Source: an uncultured Desulfosarcina sp.
GTDB taxonomy: Bacteria; Desulfobacterota; Desulfobacteria; Desulfobacterales; Desulfosarcinaceae
DNA: 64,000 nucleotides
Assembly (NCBI GenBank): GCA_963674945.2
Contig: CAXXWQ010000001.1
Coordinates: 370,176 to 434,175, forward strand
Direction: 5' to 3'
Of the stretch, positions 10,112 through 18,941 are shown piece after piece. Within the stretch, counting starts at the first letter, position 1; each line of letters opens with the position of its first letter. The position numbers and the translations under genes were made by a program. Under the pieces are notes generated by a model. That model was not told where the DNA came from. It ran no database searches and saw nothing but the letters and a program-made list of their open reading frames with translations.

Positions 10112-11125
10112 TTATGCGCTTTTTCGAATCAGCAACCGGGAGAACGCATCCTCCAATGAAAAATTCGATTCCTGAAACGAAGAGATGCGACCACCCATTG
10201 CCAGGATGCTCTCCATAAGCTGGCTGGCGTTATCTCTTCCACCTGCAATCTCAATTTCAATCTGCGTGTTCGAAAATGGAGTCGTCGTTTCCTTTACCCA
10301 TGCATTTTGAACGGTCGAGATCGATTCTATTTTTTCCAACAAATCCCTTTTGAAGTTATCGATGCCTACGATAAATCGTTTTCGATTCGATAACGTCGCC
10401 TTTATTTCTTCGACCGTACCCGTCGCTTTCACCTTGCCTTTGTCCAGCACGGCAATCCGGTTGCACAGTTGTTCCACTTCGGCCAGATTATGGGTGGCCA
10501 TCAACACCGTCTTTCCTTCGATTTTCACCAGTGTGCCCTTGATGAAATTCTTAATCTTCCTTGCAACCATGGGATCGAGTCCGCTGGTCGGCTCGTCCAT
10601 GATCAGTATATCGGGGTTGGTCAGCATGCCGCGGGCAATCGCCAGCATCTTTTTCATGCCCGTCGAATACGTCTTGAACATTTTGTCCCCGTGAGCGGTC
10701 AATCCAACCAGATCCAACAGGTATGAAACCCGATTGTCGACCTCTTTTTGGGGGATGTTGTTGAGTACGGCAAAAAATCGCAGGTTCTGACGACCCGTGA
10801 GGCGCCAATAGAAACTTCGTTCATCACCGATGACATATCCCAGCTTCGGTTTGACTTTCACAGGATCCTTGCAAACATCCACGCCTTCGATGTATGCGGT
10901 CCCTTTGGTGGGCAGTACCAGTGTACAGAGGATTTTGATCAGCGTCGTCTTGCCCGCTCCGTTGGAGCCGAGCAGGCCGAACAGATCGCCCCTTTCGACC
11001 CGCAGGTCGATCTCCTGCAGGGCGGTGACGGTCTTTTGCCGAAAGGGATGAAACAACAATTCCCTATACGTCTTTGTTACGGGAAAGACCTTGCTCAGAT
11101 TGCAAATATGAATCGCGGTAGGCAC
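10112..11125 (-). CDS. ABC transporter ATP-binding protein (RiPP cluster exporter)
   Basis: GSNGAGKTT, YSTGMK signature, MDEPTSGLD, ATH. Confidence 0.92.
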   Translation of the reverse strand: MPTAIHICNLSKVFPVTKTYRELLFHPFRQKTVTALQEIDLRVERGDLFGLLGSNGAGKTTLIKILCTLVLPTKGTAYIEGVDVCKDPVKVKPKLGYVIGDERSFYWRLTGRQNLRFFAVLNNIPQKEVDNRVSYLLDLVGLTAHGDKMFKTYSTGMKKMLAIARGMLTNPDILIMDEPTSGLDPMVARKIKNFIKGTLVKIEGKTVLMATHNLAEVEQLCNRIAVLDKGKVKATGTVEEIKATLSNRKRFIVGIDNFKRDLLEKIESISTVQNAWVKETTTPFSNTQIEIEIAGGRDNASQLMESILAMGGRISSFQESNFSLEDAFSRLLIRKSA

Positions 11126-11167
11126 ATCGATCCCCTTTGGTTCAGTTGGCCATGAGAAAATTAGTTC

Positions 11168-12337
11168 TCATTTCGTCAGGAAAAGATGACGCGTAAACAT
11201 TCCATAGCGCCATAACAATTGAAAAGGCCGGAAAAAGTAGTAAACGTATACTTTCCAAGATGAAGTGGAAATACCGTATCGATAGGACATTTCGGCACGA
11301 TTGGGGAAAAAGCGACGTTGGAGCAATGCGAATTTCCGTCTCCACCTCTTCTCGGACCCGATGCTCACAAGTGATCCTGGAATCGAGTTGGGCTGATCTT
11401 TTTGAAAAAGGGTCTTCTCCATCAGTGCAACCAATGACGGGGCTGTATGCAGCACGGGCCAGGAAATCCGAGTTCCAAGGGGATCGAAAATATTCCTGGC
11501 CGTTTGCAAAACGGCGTACGATTCGCCTTGGATGCCGTAGCGCTTTGCCTCATTGTCAAAAAGCGTCCAATCGATGGATTCACCGGCATGCACCAGGAGA
11601 CGGTGGATATCAACCAGCCCCCGAAGCGTTGTTTTTGTCTCACCACTGGAAAACAGATGCAGGCAAAGATGCAAGGCCATATCCGTCCAACCCAGTATCC
11701 GGGTCGGGAGGCCGGAAATGCTGGCGGCGGTCGAACGGCTCCACCAAGCGTCAACGTCCACGTGAATCCTGTTATTGATGTTCCAGTGCAGTTCGACGAC
11801 CACTGATGTTTCGTCATGAATCATCGGCGCCAGATGGTGGTGATTCTTTCGGTAGTTCTCCTGAACCTCGATCGAGCTGTCGGTCCGATAACCAAGGCGT
11901 TGCAGAAGGTCTCGCGCTCGCGCCAAATCCCTTTTATGTACCAAGATATCAAGATCCTTATACGCGCGGGCACCGGGGTCATTGTATACCGCCTCGGCCA
12001 GGGCGGCCCCTTTCAGGAGAATGGCGGAAAGCCCCTCATCCCCGAAGGTCCGCAGAATCCGTTTGAGTTCGAAACCCCGGAACATATTCTGGGCAAAATT
12101 CTGAAGATACGCGTTTTTCAGCAACGCCACCGTTTCCTTCGGGATGTTCAGGTCATCTGCATAACAATGCAGCTGATGATACAACAAGGGACCCAAGCCC
12201 AGGGTTTCGGCGCGTCGGAAGACCGCCTCCCATTTGGATGACGAAGCAAAAAGCCGTCTTGTTTCCATCACCCATTGGTCGTCTTGTGGAAGTTGAAGGG
12301 CATGAACGAGTGTTCGATTTTCCCTGTGGTTGTCCAT
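11168..12337 (-). CDS. nucleotidyltransferase family protein (NTP_transf_5-like)
   Basis: LLKGAAL...Y..PGAR..KDLDILV and VELHW motifs; start at MDNHRE avoids overlap with the B2 gene. Confidence 0.85.
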   Translation of the reverse strand: MDNHRENRTLVHALQLPQDDQWVMETRRLFASSSKWEAVFRRAETLGLGPLLYHQLHCYADDLNIPKETVALLKNAYLQNFAQNMFRGFELKRILRTFGDEGLSAILLKGAALAEAVYNDPGARAYKDLDILVHKRDLARARDLLQRLGYRTDSSIEVQENYRKNHHHLAPMIHDETSVVVELHWNINNRIHVDVDAWWSRSTAASISGLPTRILGWTDMALHLCLHLFSSGETKTTLRGLVDIHRLLVHAGESIDWTLFDNEAKRYGIQGESYAVLQTARNIFDPLGTRISWPVLHTAPSLVALMEKTLFQKDQPNSIPGSLVSIGSEKRWRRKFALLQRRFFPNRAEMSYRYGISTSSWKVYVYYFFRPFQLLWRYGMFTRHLFLTK

Positions 12338-12348
12338 GGGTTTCCCCC

Positions 12349-12858
12349 TTACTGTGTAACCGTACCGAGTCGCCCCGTGTATCGGTTTGTCCAATGCGGC
12401 ATGGGATAGCGATAGGTTTCCGTGTACGTTGCCGTCATTTCAGGCTCAATTTCCAGAAAGAGATCCTTGTGGTACAACAGCCAGGCGTGACCTTCCAGTT
12501 GACCATGGACATCTTTGCCCTCGGCAAAAGGGAGCCGGATACCAAAACAGATCTGGACCGGCATCCCGATGCCGCGTAAGAAGTGGTAGAGGACAAGGGA
12601 CCGTTTCAGGCAGGTCTGTTTCCAGACACCAATGTTCCATCCCAAAATGAAATCCGTGTATTTTATAATTTTCGCCTCGGTTTGATCCGTACCCGGCGCG
12701 GTGGAGGAATTTTTGTTCTCAGGTGTCAATCGGGCCAGCAGACAAGGCAGGGTATGCCATTTGATCAATGCCGGCAACATCGTAATCAGGGCGAAGATTC
12801 GATAAAACAATCGGAAGTCCTGCCAACAGGTGATATTTCTTCTCAGTTTGCGTATCAT
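12349..12858 (-). CDS. lasso-peptide B2-type (transglutaminase-like) leader peptidase
   Basis: TCLKRSL (catalytic Cys), ICFGI, GHAWL (catalytic His). Confidence 0.88.
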   Translation of the reverse strand: MIRKLRRNITCWQDFRLFYRIFALITMLPALIKWHTLPCLLARLTPENKNSSTAPGTDQTEAKIIKYTDFILGWNIGVWKQTCLKRSLVLYHFLRGIGMPVQICFGIRLPFAEGKDVHGQLEGHAWLLYHKDLFLEIEPEMTATYTETYRYPMPHWTNRYTGRLGTVTQ

Positions 12859-12859
12859 T

Positions 12860-13831
12860 CTAATGCCTCGTCGGAAGATTGGTAATAAGAGAAGATAATT
12901 TCGTTGGATCCTCCAAAAGGTCTATCCCTCCCAAAACTTCGAATCCGCATGTACTTTGAACTATGCTCTTCACCATTTCCAGCTGTTGCTTGGCGATAAC
13001 AGAGTCCGAAGACAGAAGAATTTGTTTCATGAGCCGTGTAAACATGTCCGTGGGACCCAGGGGAGACAGAACGCTGGTCCGCCGTGAACAGATGCGTGGA
13101 AATAGAATCACATCCGGTTCGAGCCATTCTATGGGGGCCCCTTTGAAAAATTGCGATACATTCACGGACATTTTTTCTCCATCGGCAAAATCAACGGTTG
13201 AGAGAAAATCGAGCTCATCGTAGCGCCGGCAAATATCCTGGGATACGTGAAAGTCCCGATACCATGGATAGGCCCGGATGACACCAGCCCGGTTGTCTAT
13301 GAGCAGTGAGTCATCGGATACATAATCGAATCCGCTTCGTACAAGGTTGAGGGCGGAGGTGGTTTTACCGCATCCTCCATCGCCGGATATCAGGTAACCG
13401 ATGCCATGGTAACGAAGGGCTGCGGCATGCAGGTAAAAGCGCCCGGCCGCTCTCATGGTTTCGATGAGAGGGCCGCTTACCAGGGAACAAATGGTGGACA
13501 TTTCATTTCGAATCTCCGGTCGGATGAAGCAATCGCAACGTCGGGATGCCAGGTCGAACCGGACAATGGAGCCGTCCTTTGCGGTGTAATAGTATCGACT
13601 GTCCGCACGGTAGCTTTTCGTAACCGCCATTTCCACTACGGGCAATGCCTCTTCAGGAAGTCGTGGGGGGGATGACTGGATTTTGACGACAATTGTTATG
13701 GGGGCCAACGACGATTCATCGTTTCCTTTGCACAGAGAATCGAAATATTCTTTCAGTCCGGGATATAACAAGTCCTCACATTCGAGCTTTACAGGAAGTG
13801 ATTGGACTATGAAGTTATCGTTGACCGCCAT
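12860..13831 (-). CDS. HPr-kinase-like (PadeK-type) kinase
   Basis: LHAAAL...ISGDGGCGKTT...VSDD; GGAGGA RBS before MAVNDNF. Confidence 0.82.
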   Translation of the reverse strand: MAVNDNFIVQSLPVKLECEDLLYPGLKEYFDSLCKGNDESSLAPITIVVKIQSSPPRLPEEALPVVEMAVTKSYRADSRYYYTAKDGSIVRFDLASRRCDCFIRPEIRNEMSTICSLVSGPLIETMRAAGRFYLHAAALRYHGIGYLISGDGGCGKTTSALNLVRSGFDYVSDDSLLIDNRAGVIRAYPWYRDFHVSQDICRRYDELDFLSTVDFADGEKMSVNVSQFFKGAPIEWLEPDVILFPRICSRRTSVLSPLGPTDMFTRLMKQILLSSDSVIAKQQLEMVKSIVQSTCGFEVLGGIDLLEDPTKLSSLITNLPTRH

Positions 13832-13962
13832 CGTTTCCTCCAACAATGGAAAATAAGTATCGTGTCCGCTGCCATTCGTTTACATCGGTCAATTGGAAAA
13901 AGCACCGATATTGTATCTCTACTTCTTGACGATCCGTTTAACGATCTGTGTTTTGACGGGCA

Positions 13963-14009
13963 CCGTGTCCATCCGGAAAGAAATATTATTAACTCCCGGA
14001 TGGACACGG
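13963..14009. terminator. stem-loop downstream of the precursor genes (attenuator or mRNA stabiliser)
   Basis: Perfect 14-bp inverted repeat CCGTGTCCATCCGG / CCGGATGGACACGG. Confidence 0.6.
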
Positions 14010-14034
14010 ACCAAAATACAAACGGTATGATGCC

Positions 14035-14172
14035 TTACGCTTTCGTCGTGGTAAAAGGTCCGTCATCGATGACTGAAACGTCGCGACGATAGCATCCCAA
14101 CTGCAGCGTCACTTTGTCCAACGGTTGTTCACATTTTTTCATTTCGGGTTTGATGAACTCTTTTTTCTGCAT
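14035..14172 (-). CDS. RiPP precursor peptide A2 (45 aa)
   Basis: MQKKEFIKPEMKKCEQPLDKVTLQLGCYRRDVSVIDDGPFTTTKA; AGGAG RBS; FxxPxM leader motif plus conserved Thr. Confidence 0.85.
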   Translation of the reverse strand: MQKKEFIKPEMKKCEQPLDKVTLQLGCYRRDVSVIDDGPFTTTKA

Positions 14173-14264
14173 GTTTCTACTCTCCTTTTTGAAATAGTCG
14201 GGTTTTAGAAGAACCGGAAATAAAGATTGTCCCTTTCCGGATGGACACAAACAGATGCTACGCC

Positions 14265-14399
14265 TTACCCTTTGGCCGGATCAAAAGGGCCGTCCTGGAT
14301 GGGTTGTTGGGGACGATAGCAACCCAGCTGCAGGGTCACTTTGTCCAACGGTTGTTCACATTTTTTCATTTCGGGTTCGATAAACTCTCTTTTTTGCAT
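14265..14399 (-). CDS. RiPP precursor peptide A1 (44 aa; absent from the ORF track)
   Basis: Hand-translated MQKREFIEPEMKKCEQPLDKVTLQLGCYRPQQPIQDGPFDPAKG; AGGAG RBS; leader nearly identical to A2. Confidence 0.85.
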   Translation of the reverse strand: MQKREFIEPEMKKCEQPLDKVTLQLGCYRPQQPIQDGPFDPAKG

Positions 14400-14450
14400 G
14401 GCGCGACTCTCCTTTTGAAAATAGTGGGGTGTTAGAAGAAAATGGGATCA

Positions 14451-14723
14451 TTATGCGGTTGTGATCAATCCCTCCTCTTCCAGTCGATGGGTAAATTGTA
14501 ATACACTGTCGAACGCATTTTGCTCATCCACTTCGAAAGAATCGAGAAGGGAATCGACAATCTGGGACACATGCATATTCTTAAGGTAACCATTCCAGAT
14601 ATGCAGACTGGATTCATTGATATGATAGTAGTATTTCGTTTCAACATCCAAGAGTACGGCACCGTCATCCAGTTCCGTACAGACCACCGTCGGTTTCACT
14701 TGGTAGTTTTGATTTCGTTGCAT
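14451..14723 (-). CDS. PqqD-family RiPP recognition element (B1-like)
   Basis: ELDDGAVLLD...YYHINESSLHIW...F...L.EEGLI, about 90 aa; alternative start at 14777. Confidence 0.88.
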   Translation of the reverse strand: MQRNQNYQVKPTVVCTELDDGAVLLDVETKYYYHINESSLHIWNGYLKNMHVSQIVDSLLDSFEVDEQNAFDSVLQFTHRLEEEGLITTA

Positions 14724-14804
14724 TTGTTTCTTTTCCCCCGTTTGTGATAAAAATTTCCCGAAAGTCTCTTTGGACATTGCAATTTCTCTTTTCTCTTTGT
14801 TCAC

Positions 14805-14820
14805 AGCAGTATTCATGCCA
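14805..14820 (-). promoter_or_regulatory. sigma54 (-24/-12) promoter of the RiPP operon
   Basis: Minus strand reads TGGCATGAATACTGCT (GG-N10-GC), with an AT-rich tract upstream. Confidence 0.7.
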
Positions 14821-15066
14821 AAAGTAATAAATGAAGTTAAATATAATAAAAACAGACGGTTTTATATAATTGGCCTTGGCCATGTCGTATGGAAAAAATG
14901 ATGGAAATGAATTGTTGCTATGAAAAAAATTACCCAATTCAATCGATTTGCCTTGTGGTTACATGAGGTTGGTTCATTTTCCACACTTGAAGCGTTCTGC
15001 CTTTTATGCGAAATTATTTCTTCCCGAACCATTACAACCTCGCAGAAAAACCGAAAGGAAACAGTT

Positions 15067-17427
15067 ATGTCTCCGGATATCATAGCGGTGTTGGCAATCC
15101 TTATCGGTGTCCTCATCCTGCTGATCACCGAATGGGCACCCTTGGAGACATTGGCCATGCTGGTCATGGGGATGCTGGCCATTACCGGCATCGTCAGCCC
15201 GAAGGAGGCACTGGCGGGATTCAGCAGCCCGGCCGTGATCACCATCTGGGCGGTCTTTATCCTGAGTGGCGGATTGACCCGAACCGGCATCGCCAATATC
15301 CTGGGGAGACAATTGTTGAAGGTTGCCGGTGGGGGAGAATCGATATTGGTCATCATCATCATGACCATCGCCGGCGTGTTGTCGGCTTTCATGAACAACG
15401 TTGCCGTCGCCGCACTCATGCTGCCCGTGGTCATGGACATCGCCCGCAAAACCCATCGCTCACCGTCCACCTTATTAATGCCTCTGGCCTACGGGTCGTT
15501 ACTGGGGGGCCTGACCACCATGATCGGCACTCCGCCGAACATCCTGGTCAGCGATGCCCTCTTCGAAAATGGACTGAAACCCTTCGGTCTCTTCGATTTT
15601 TCCCCCACCGGCCTCTTCGTCATGTTCGGGGGAATCGCCTTTGTCACCTTTGTGGGCATCCGATTCCTTCCCAAGCGAAATCCCGCGAAGGAGGCTGCCG
15701 AAGGCCGACAGGATTTTCGCTCCCACTACCGTTTGAAGGAGCAACTGTTTCGCATACATATCCCAAAAGGTTCGGCACTGGTCGGCAAAACCTTGGCCGA
15801 CAGCCGGCTGGGAGCGGCCCTGGGGGTAAACGTCGTGGGGATCACACGGAAGGACGAGACCTTGCTTGCCCCTGCCAGCGCAGAGACCCTGAGGGCGGAT
15901 GACGATCTGGTCGTTCAGGGCAATATGGATCAAATCCGTGAGATGAACCACTGGGGACAATTGCTGACCGAAGCGGAAACAATCGACCCTGACGAGCTGT
16001 CGGCGCGTGGCATGGGGTTTGGCCGCCTCGCATTGCATCCCGGCGATGGCCATTCGGGCCGGAGCCTGGCGGAACTGGGATTTCGCAATCGATTCGGCCT
16101 CAATGTGCTGGCCATCGAACGCGGTGAACGGCTGCTGGACACGGACCTGAGGAATCAATCCCTTTTGGCCGGAGACATCCTCTTGGTTTATGGCTCTCAG
16201 AAAAAGATTGCGGCAGCGGGTGAGGATGACCGGTTCACGCTGCTGGAAACCATCGACCGGAAAGACCAACCCCTTGCCGACAAACTGGCACATGATTTTC
16301 GACGGCTTCGCGTTCCCGATGGATCCAAGCTGGTGGGGCGAACCTTGACCGAGAGCCGCCTGGGCGATGCTACGAACATCCAGATCCTTTGCATCATCCG
16401 AAAGGATGGAACGACACTGGTTCCCACCTCCGACGAACGCTTCGCCCCTGCGGATCGACTGATCGTATGGGGAAAGGCAAACATGATTTCCGTCTTGCTG
16501 ATGCAAGGTCTCGAGGGCATCCTCGTGGAGGAGACAACGGATACAACGGACCCTGCCATGCTGGAAGATGACCAGGTGGGGTTGGTGGAGGTGATGCTTT
16601 CGCCCCACAGCACGCTTTCCGGTATGCGTTTGAGAGAACTCAATTTCCGGGAAAAATACGGTCTCACCGTTCTGGCCATCTGGCGAAAGGGCCGTGCCTA
16701 CAAAGAGGATCTTCGCGAGATGGCCATTACCTTCGGGGACGCACTGCTTTTGCATGGACCAAGGCAAAAACTCCATCTGCTGGGCAGTGAACCCGATTTT
16801 CTGGTACTCACGGAAACAGTCCAGCAAATGCCCCGGGAAGAGAAGGCAAAGATCGCCCTGGGCATCATGGCGGCCGTCCTTCTGCCGGTGATCATGGGGT
16901 GGGTGCCGATTTACATCGCAGTCGTTATCGGTGCCGCTTTCATGGTCATTTCGGGATGTCTTACCATGGATGAGGCCTATCGATATATCGAGTGGAAGGC
17001 CGTTTTTCTCATCGCCGGCATGCTGCCACTGGGAACGGCTCTGGAAAAAACCGGTGCCGCCAGGCTCTTGGCCGAAGGCGTAATCGGTTCGCTGGGCCCG
17101 TTCGGTCCCCATGCAGTGCTTTTCGGTCTTCTATCCATCACCTTTGCGGCCACAAGCATCATTCCCACTTCGGCCCTGGTGGTATTGATGGTGCCCATCG
17201 CGCTGGAATCCGCCTCGGGGCTGGGCATCTCCCCCTATGCTCTCATGATGGGCATCGCCATGGCGGCTTCCTCCAGCTTTACTTCCCCCATTTCCCATCC
17301 GGCCAACGTTCTGGTGATGGGGCCGGGCGGGTATCGGTTCATCGACTACGTTAAGGTCGGCGCTCCCCTGACGATGGTGGTTATGATTATTCTGATGGTG
17401 GTACTGCCCATTTTCTGGCCCCTGTAA
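15067..17427 (+). CDS. SLC13/DASS family permease with four TrkA-C (RCK_C) domains
   Basis: SAFMNN, TTMIGTPPNIL, four repeated RCK_C units, PISHPANVLVMGPGGYRF. Confidence 0.9.
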   Translation: MSPDIIAVLAILIGVLILLITEWAPLETLAMLVMGMLAITGIVSPKEALAGFSSPAVITIWAVFILSGGLTRTGIANILGRQLLKVAGGGESILVIIIMTIAGVLSAFMNNVAVAALMLPVVMDIARKTHRSPSTLLMPLAYGSLLGGLTTMIGTPPNILVSDALFENGLKPFGLFDFSPTGLFVMFGGIAFVTFVGIRFLPKRNPAKEAAEGRQDFRSHYRLKEQLFRIHIPKGSALVGKTLADSRLGAALGVNVVGITRKDETLLAPASAETLRADDDLVVQGNMDQIREMNHWGQLLTEAETIDPDELSARGMGFGRLALHPGDGHSGRSLAELGFRNRFGLNVLAIERGERLLDTDLRNQSLLAGDILLVYGSQKKIAAAGEDDRFTLLETIDRKDQPLADKLAHDFRRLRVPDGSKLVGRTLTESRLGDATNIQILCIIRKDGTTLVPTSDERFAPADRLIVWGKANMISVLLMQGLEGILVEETTDTTDPAMLEDDQVGLVEVMLSPHSTLSGMRLRELNFREKYGLTVLAIWRKGRAYKEDLREMAITFGDALLLHGPRQKLHLLGSEPDFLVLTETVQQMPREEKAKIALGIMAAVLLPVIMGWVPIYIAVVIGAAFMVISGCLTMDEAYRYIEWKAVFLIAGMLPLGTALEKTGAARLLAEGVIGSLGPFGPHAVLFGLLSITFAATSIIPTSALVVLMVPIALESASGLGISPYALMMGIAMAASSSFTSPISHPANVLVMGPGGYRFIDYVKVGAPLTMVVMIILMVVLPIFWPL

Positions 17428-17563
17428 GAGAGCCTGCATGAAAAAGCCCGTTTAAGGCCCGCTACCGGCGTTGGAAAACGTCTCAAAATGCTCACATATT
17501 ACATATATGCTCCGCTTTCGAGCCGTTTCCCGCTTTGCCATCAACCTTGAACGTCGGATTTTG

Positions 17564-17709
17564 GACGGCTTCGTAAAAAGCTCGCGATCAAGGATTGCGA
17601 GCCACGAGAATACCGCTATCGCGGGTGCCGTAGGCAGCGTATGCACGAATACGTTGCAGTGACGAGGGGCGAAGCGTAACGCAGATATCGGGCTTTTTAG
17701 GAGGTCGTC
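17564..17709. mobile_element. MITE/REP-like element with imperfect terminal inverted repeats
   Basis: GACGGCTTCGTAAAAAGCTCG versus reverse complement GACGACCTCCTAAAAAGCCCG; non-coding, between convergent genes. Confidence 0.55.
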
Positions 17710-18907
17710 AAACTGTGAGTTTTTCCGATTTCAGCATATACGCCAGTCCAATTCCTACGATAAATCCGGCGGCCAGGTTGGAAGCTAGGGTGATGCCCAG
17801 GATCGTCACCACCACGAACAACTCCTTGCGTTTGTCTACGTCCAGGATCGTCAGCGCAAGTTGGCTGCCGGAAAAAAGCAGGAGGACACCCAAGATGGCC
17901 ATGGGGACCAGATGGAACAGTGCAAGAGTTTCGTTTCCGAAAATCAGGGTGAAGAGGAGAAAAAGGGCACCGATCATCAGATTGGACCCGGCGGATCGGG
18001 CGCCAAAACGGTAATGGGCGGCCAGTCCGCCCGCACCGTGACAAATGGGCATGCCCCCCAAAAGGGCGCTGACGAAATTGCCGAGGGCCATGCTCACGCA
18101 CAAGGATCGACCGGTCACCCGGCGGGCCGCGTCGCCGAAGTAGTTGATGGACAGGTCCATGTCGGCGATTACCGCATTGCCCAGTGTCATGGGCATCTGG
18201 GGGACGACCAGGGCCAGCAGGGCGAAGGTGAAGTCCACACCCTCGGGAAATCCTAAGGGGAGAAGGGTGGGCAGATGCAACCCGGGGCGAATACCGGCCA
18301 ATCCGGTTCCCCTGCCCATCGTAAGACCGATGAGAATGCCTGCTCCGACGATCATCAGGCCTGCGGGTGCTTTTTTGTTCTCCAGCAGCAAGAGGGTGAG
18401 AAGACAGCCGCCGATACCGATAATCACCCCAAAGGGGACGGGGCCGATGGATTGAACGGCCAGGTATGGTTCGGCCATCTGGTGAAGGGCCTGAAGCCTG
18501 GTCTTGCCGAGCATGAATCTGACCCCTTCGGTCATCAAAAGGGTTCCGGTGGAGAGCTGTACGCCGCGAACGGCGGCCTTGGGAATGTACCGGCCGATGA
18601 AATCAATGGCCCCGGTGGCGCCGATGAACAACAGGCAGGCGCCCATGAGAATCCCCGATGCCATGATCTGATGGGGCGTCATGGCGGTGGCGATGGCATA
18701 GGCGCCGATCACCTTCATGGGTTGAACGGGCGTGGTAATACCGAAATAGAGGCCGGTGAAGATGTAGAACAGCCCGACGCTGCAAAACAGACCCGATGGG
18801 TCCAGTCCGTTGACCATGACCATGCCGATGGCAAGGGGCAAAAGGGTCCCCAGGTCTCCCAAAGATCCGGCAAACTCCATTCGGCTGAAGCTGTAAGGCA
18901 GGGGCAT
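17708..18907 (-). CDS. MOT1-family putative molybdate/sulfate transporter
   Basis: EFAGSLGDLGTLLP, PVQPMK, MPICHGAGGLAAHYRFGARS. Confidence 0.88.
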   Translation of the reverse strand: MPLPYSFSRMEFAGSLGDLGTLLPLAIGMVMVNGLDPSGLFCSVGLFYIFTGLYFGITTPVQPMKVIGAYAIATAMTPHQIMASGILMGACLLFIGATGAIDFIGRYIPKAAVRGVQLSTGTLLMTEGVRFMLGKTRLQALHQMAEPYLAVQSIGPVPFGVIIGIGGCLLTLLLLENKKAPAGLMIVGAGILIGLTMGRGTGLAGIRPGLHLPTLLPLGFPEGVDFTFALLALVVPQMPMTLGNAVIADMDLSINYFGDAARRVTGRSLCVSMALGNFVSALLGGMPICHGAGGLAAHYRFGARSAGSNLMIGALFLLFTLIFGNETLALFHLVPMAILGVLLLFSGSQLALTILDVDKRKELFVVVTILGITLASNLAAGFIVGIGLAYMLKSEKLTV

Positions 18908-18941
18908 GGTACGTTCCTTCCCATTTCTGGATGTGGACTGG

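Noticed and set aside
14035..14399. Duplicated precursor region as a DGR template/variable repeat pair
   Set aside because: Differences are not adenine-specific, both copies have an RBS and ORF, and no reverse transcriptase is in the window.
9285..14723. Calling the RiPP cluster a standard lasso peptide BGC
   Set aside because: No Asn-synthetase-like cyclase in the window, and precursor A1 lacks an acidic ring acceptor at core positions 7-9.
15499..17112. 537-aa minus-strand ORF
   Set aside because: Antisense shadow of the SLC13 permease.
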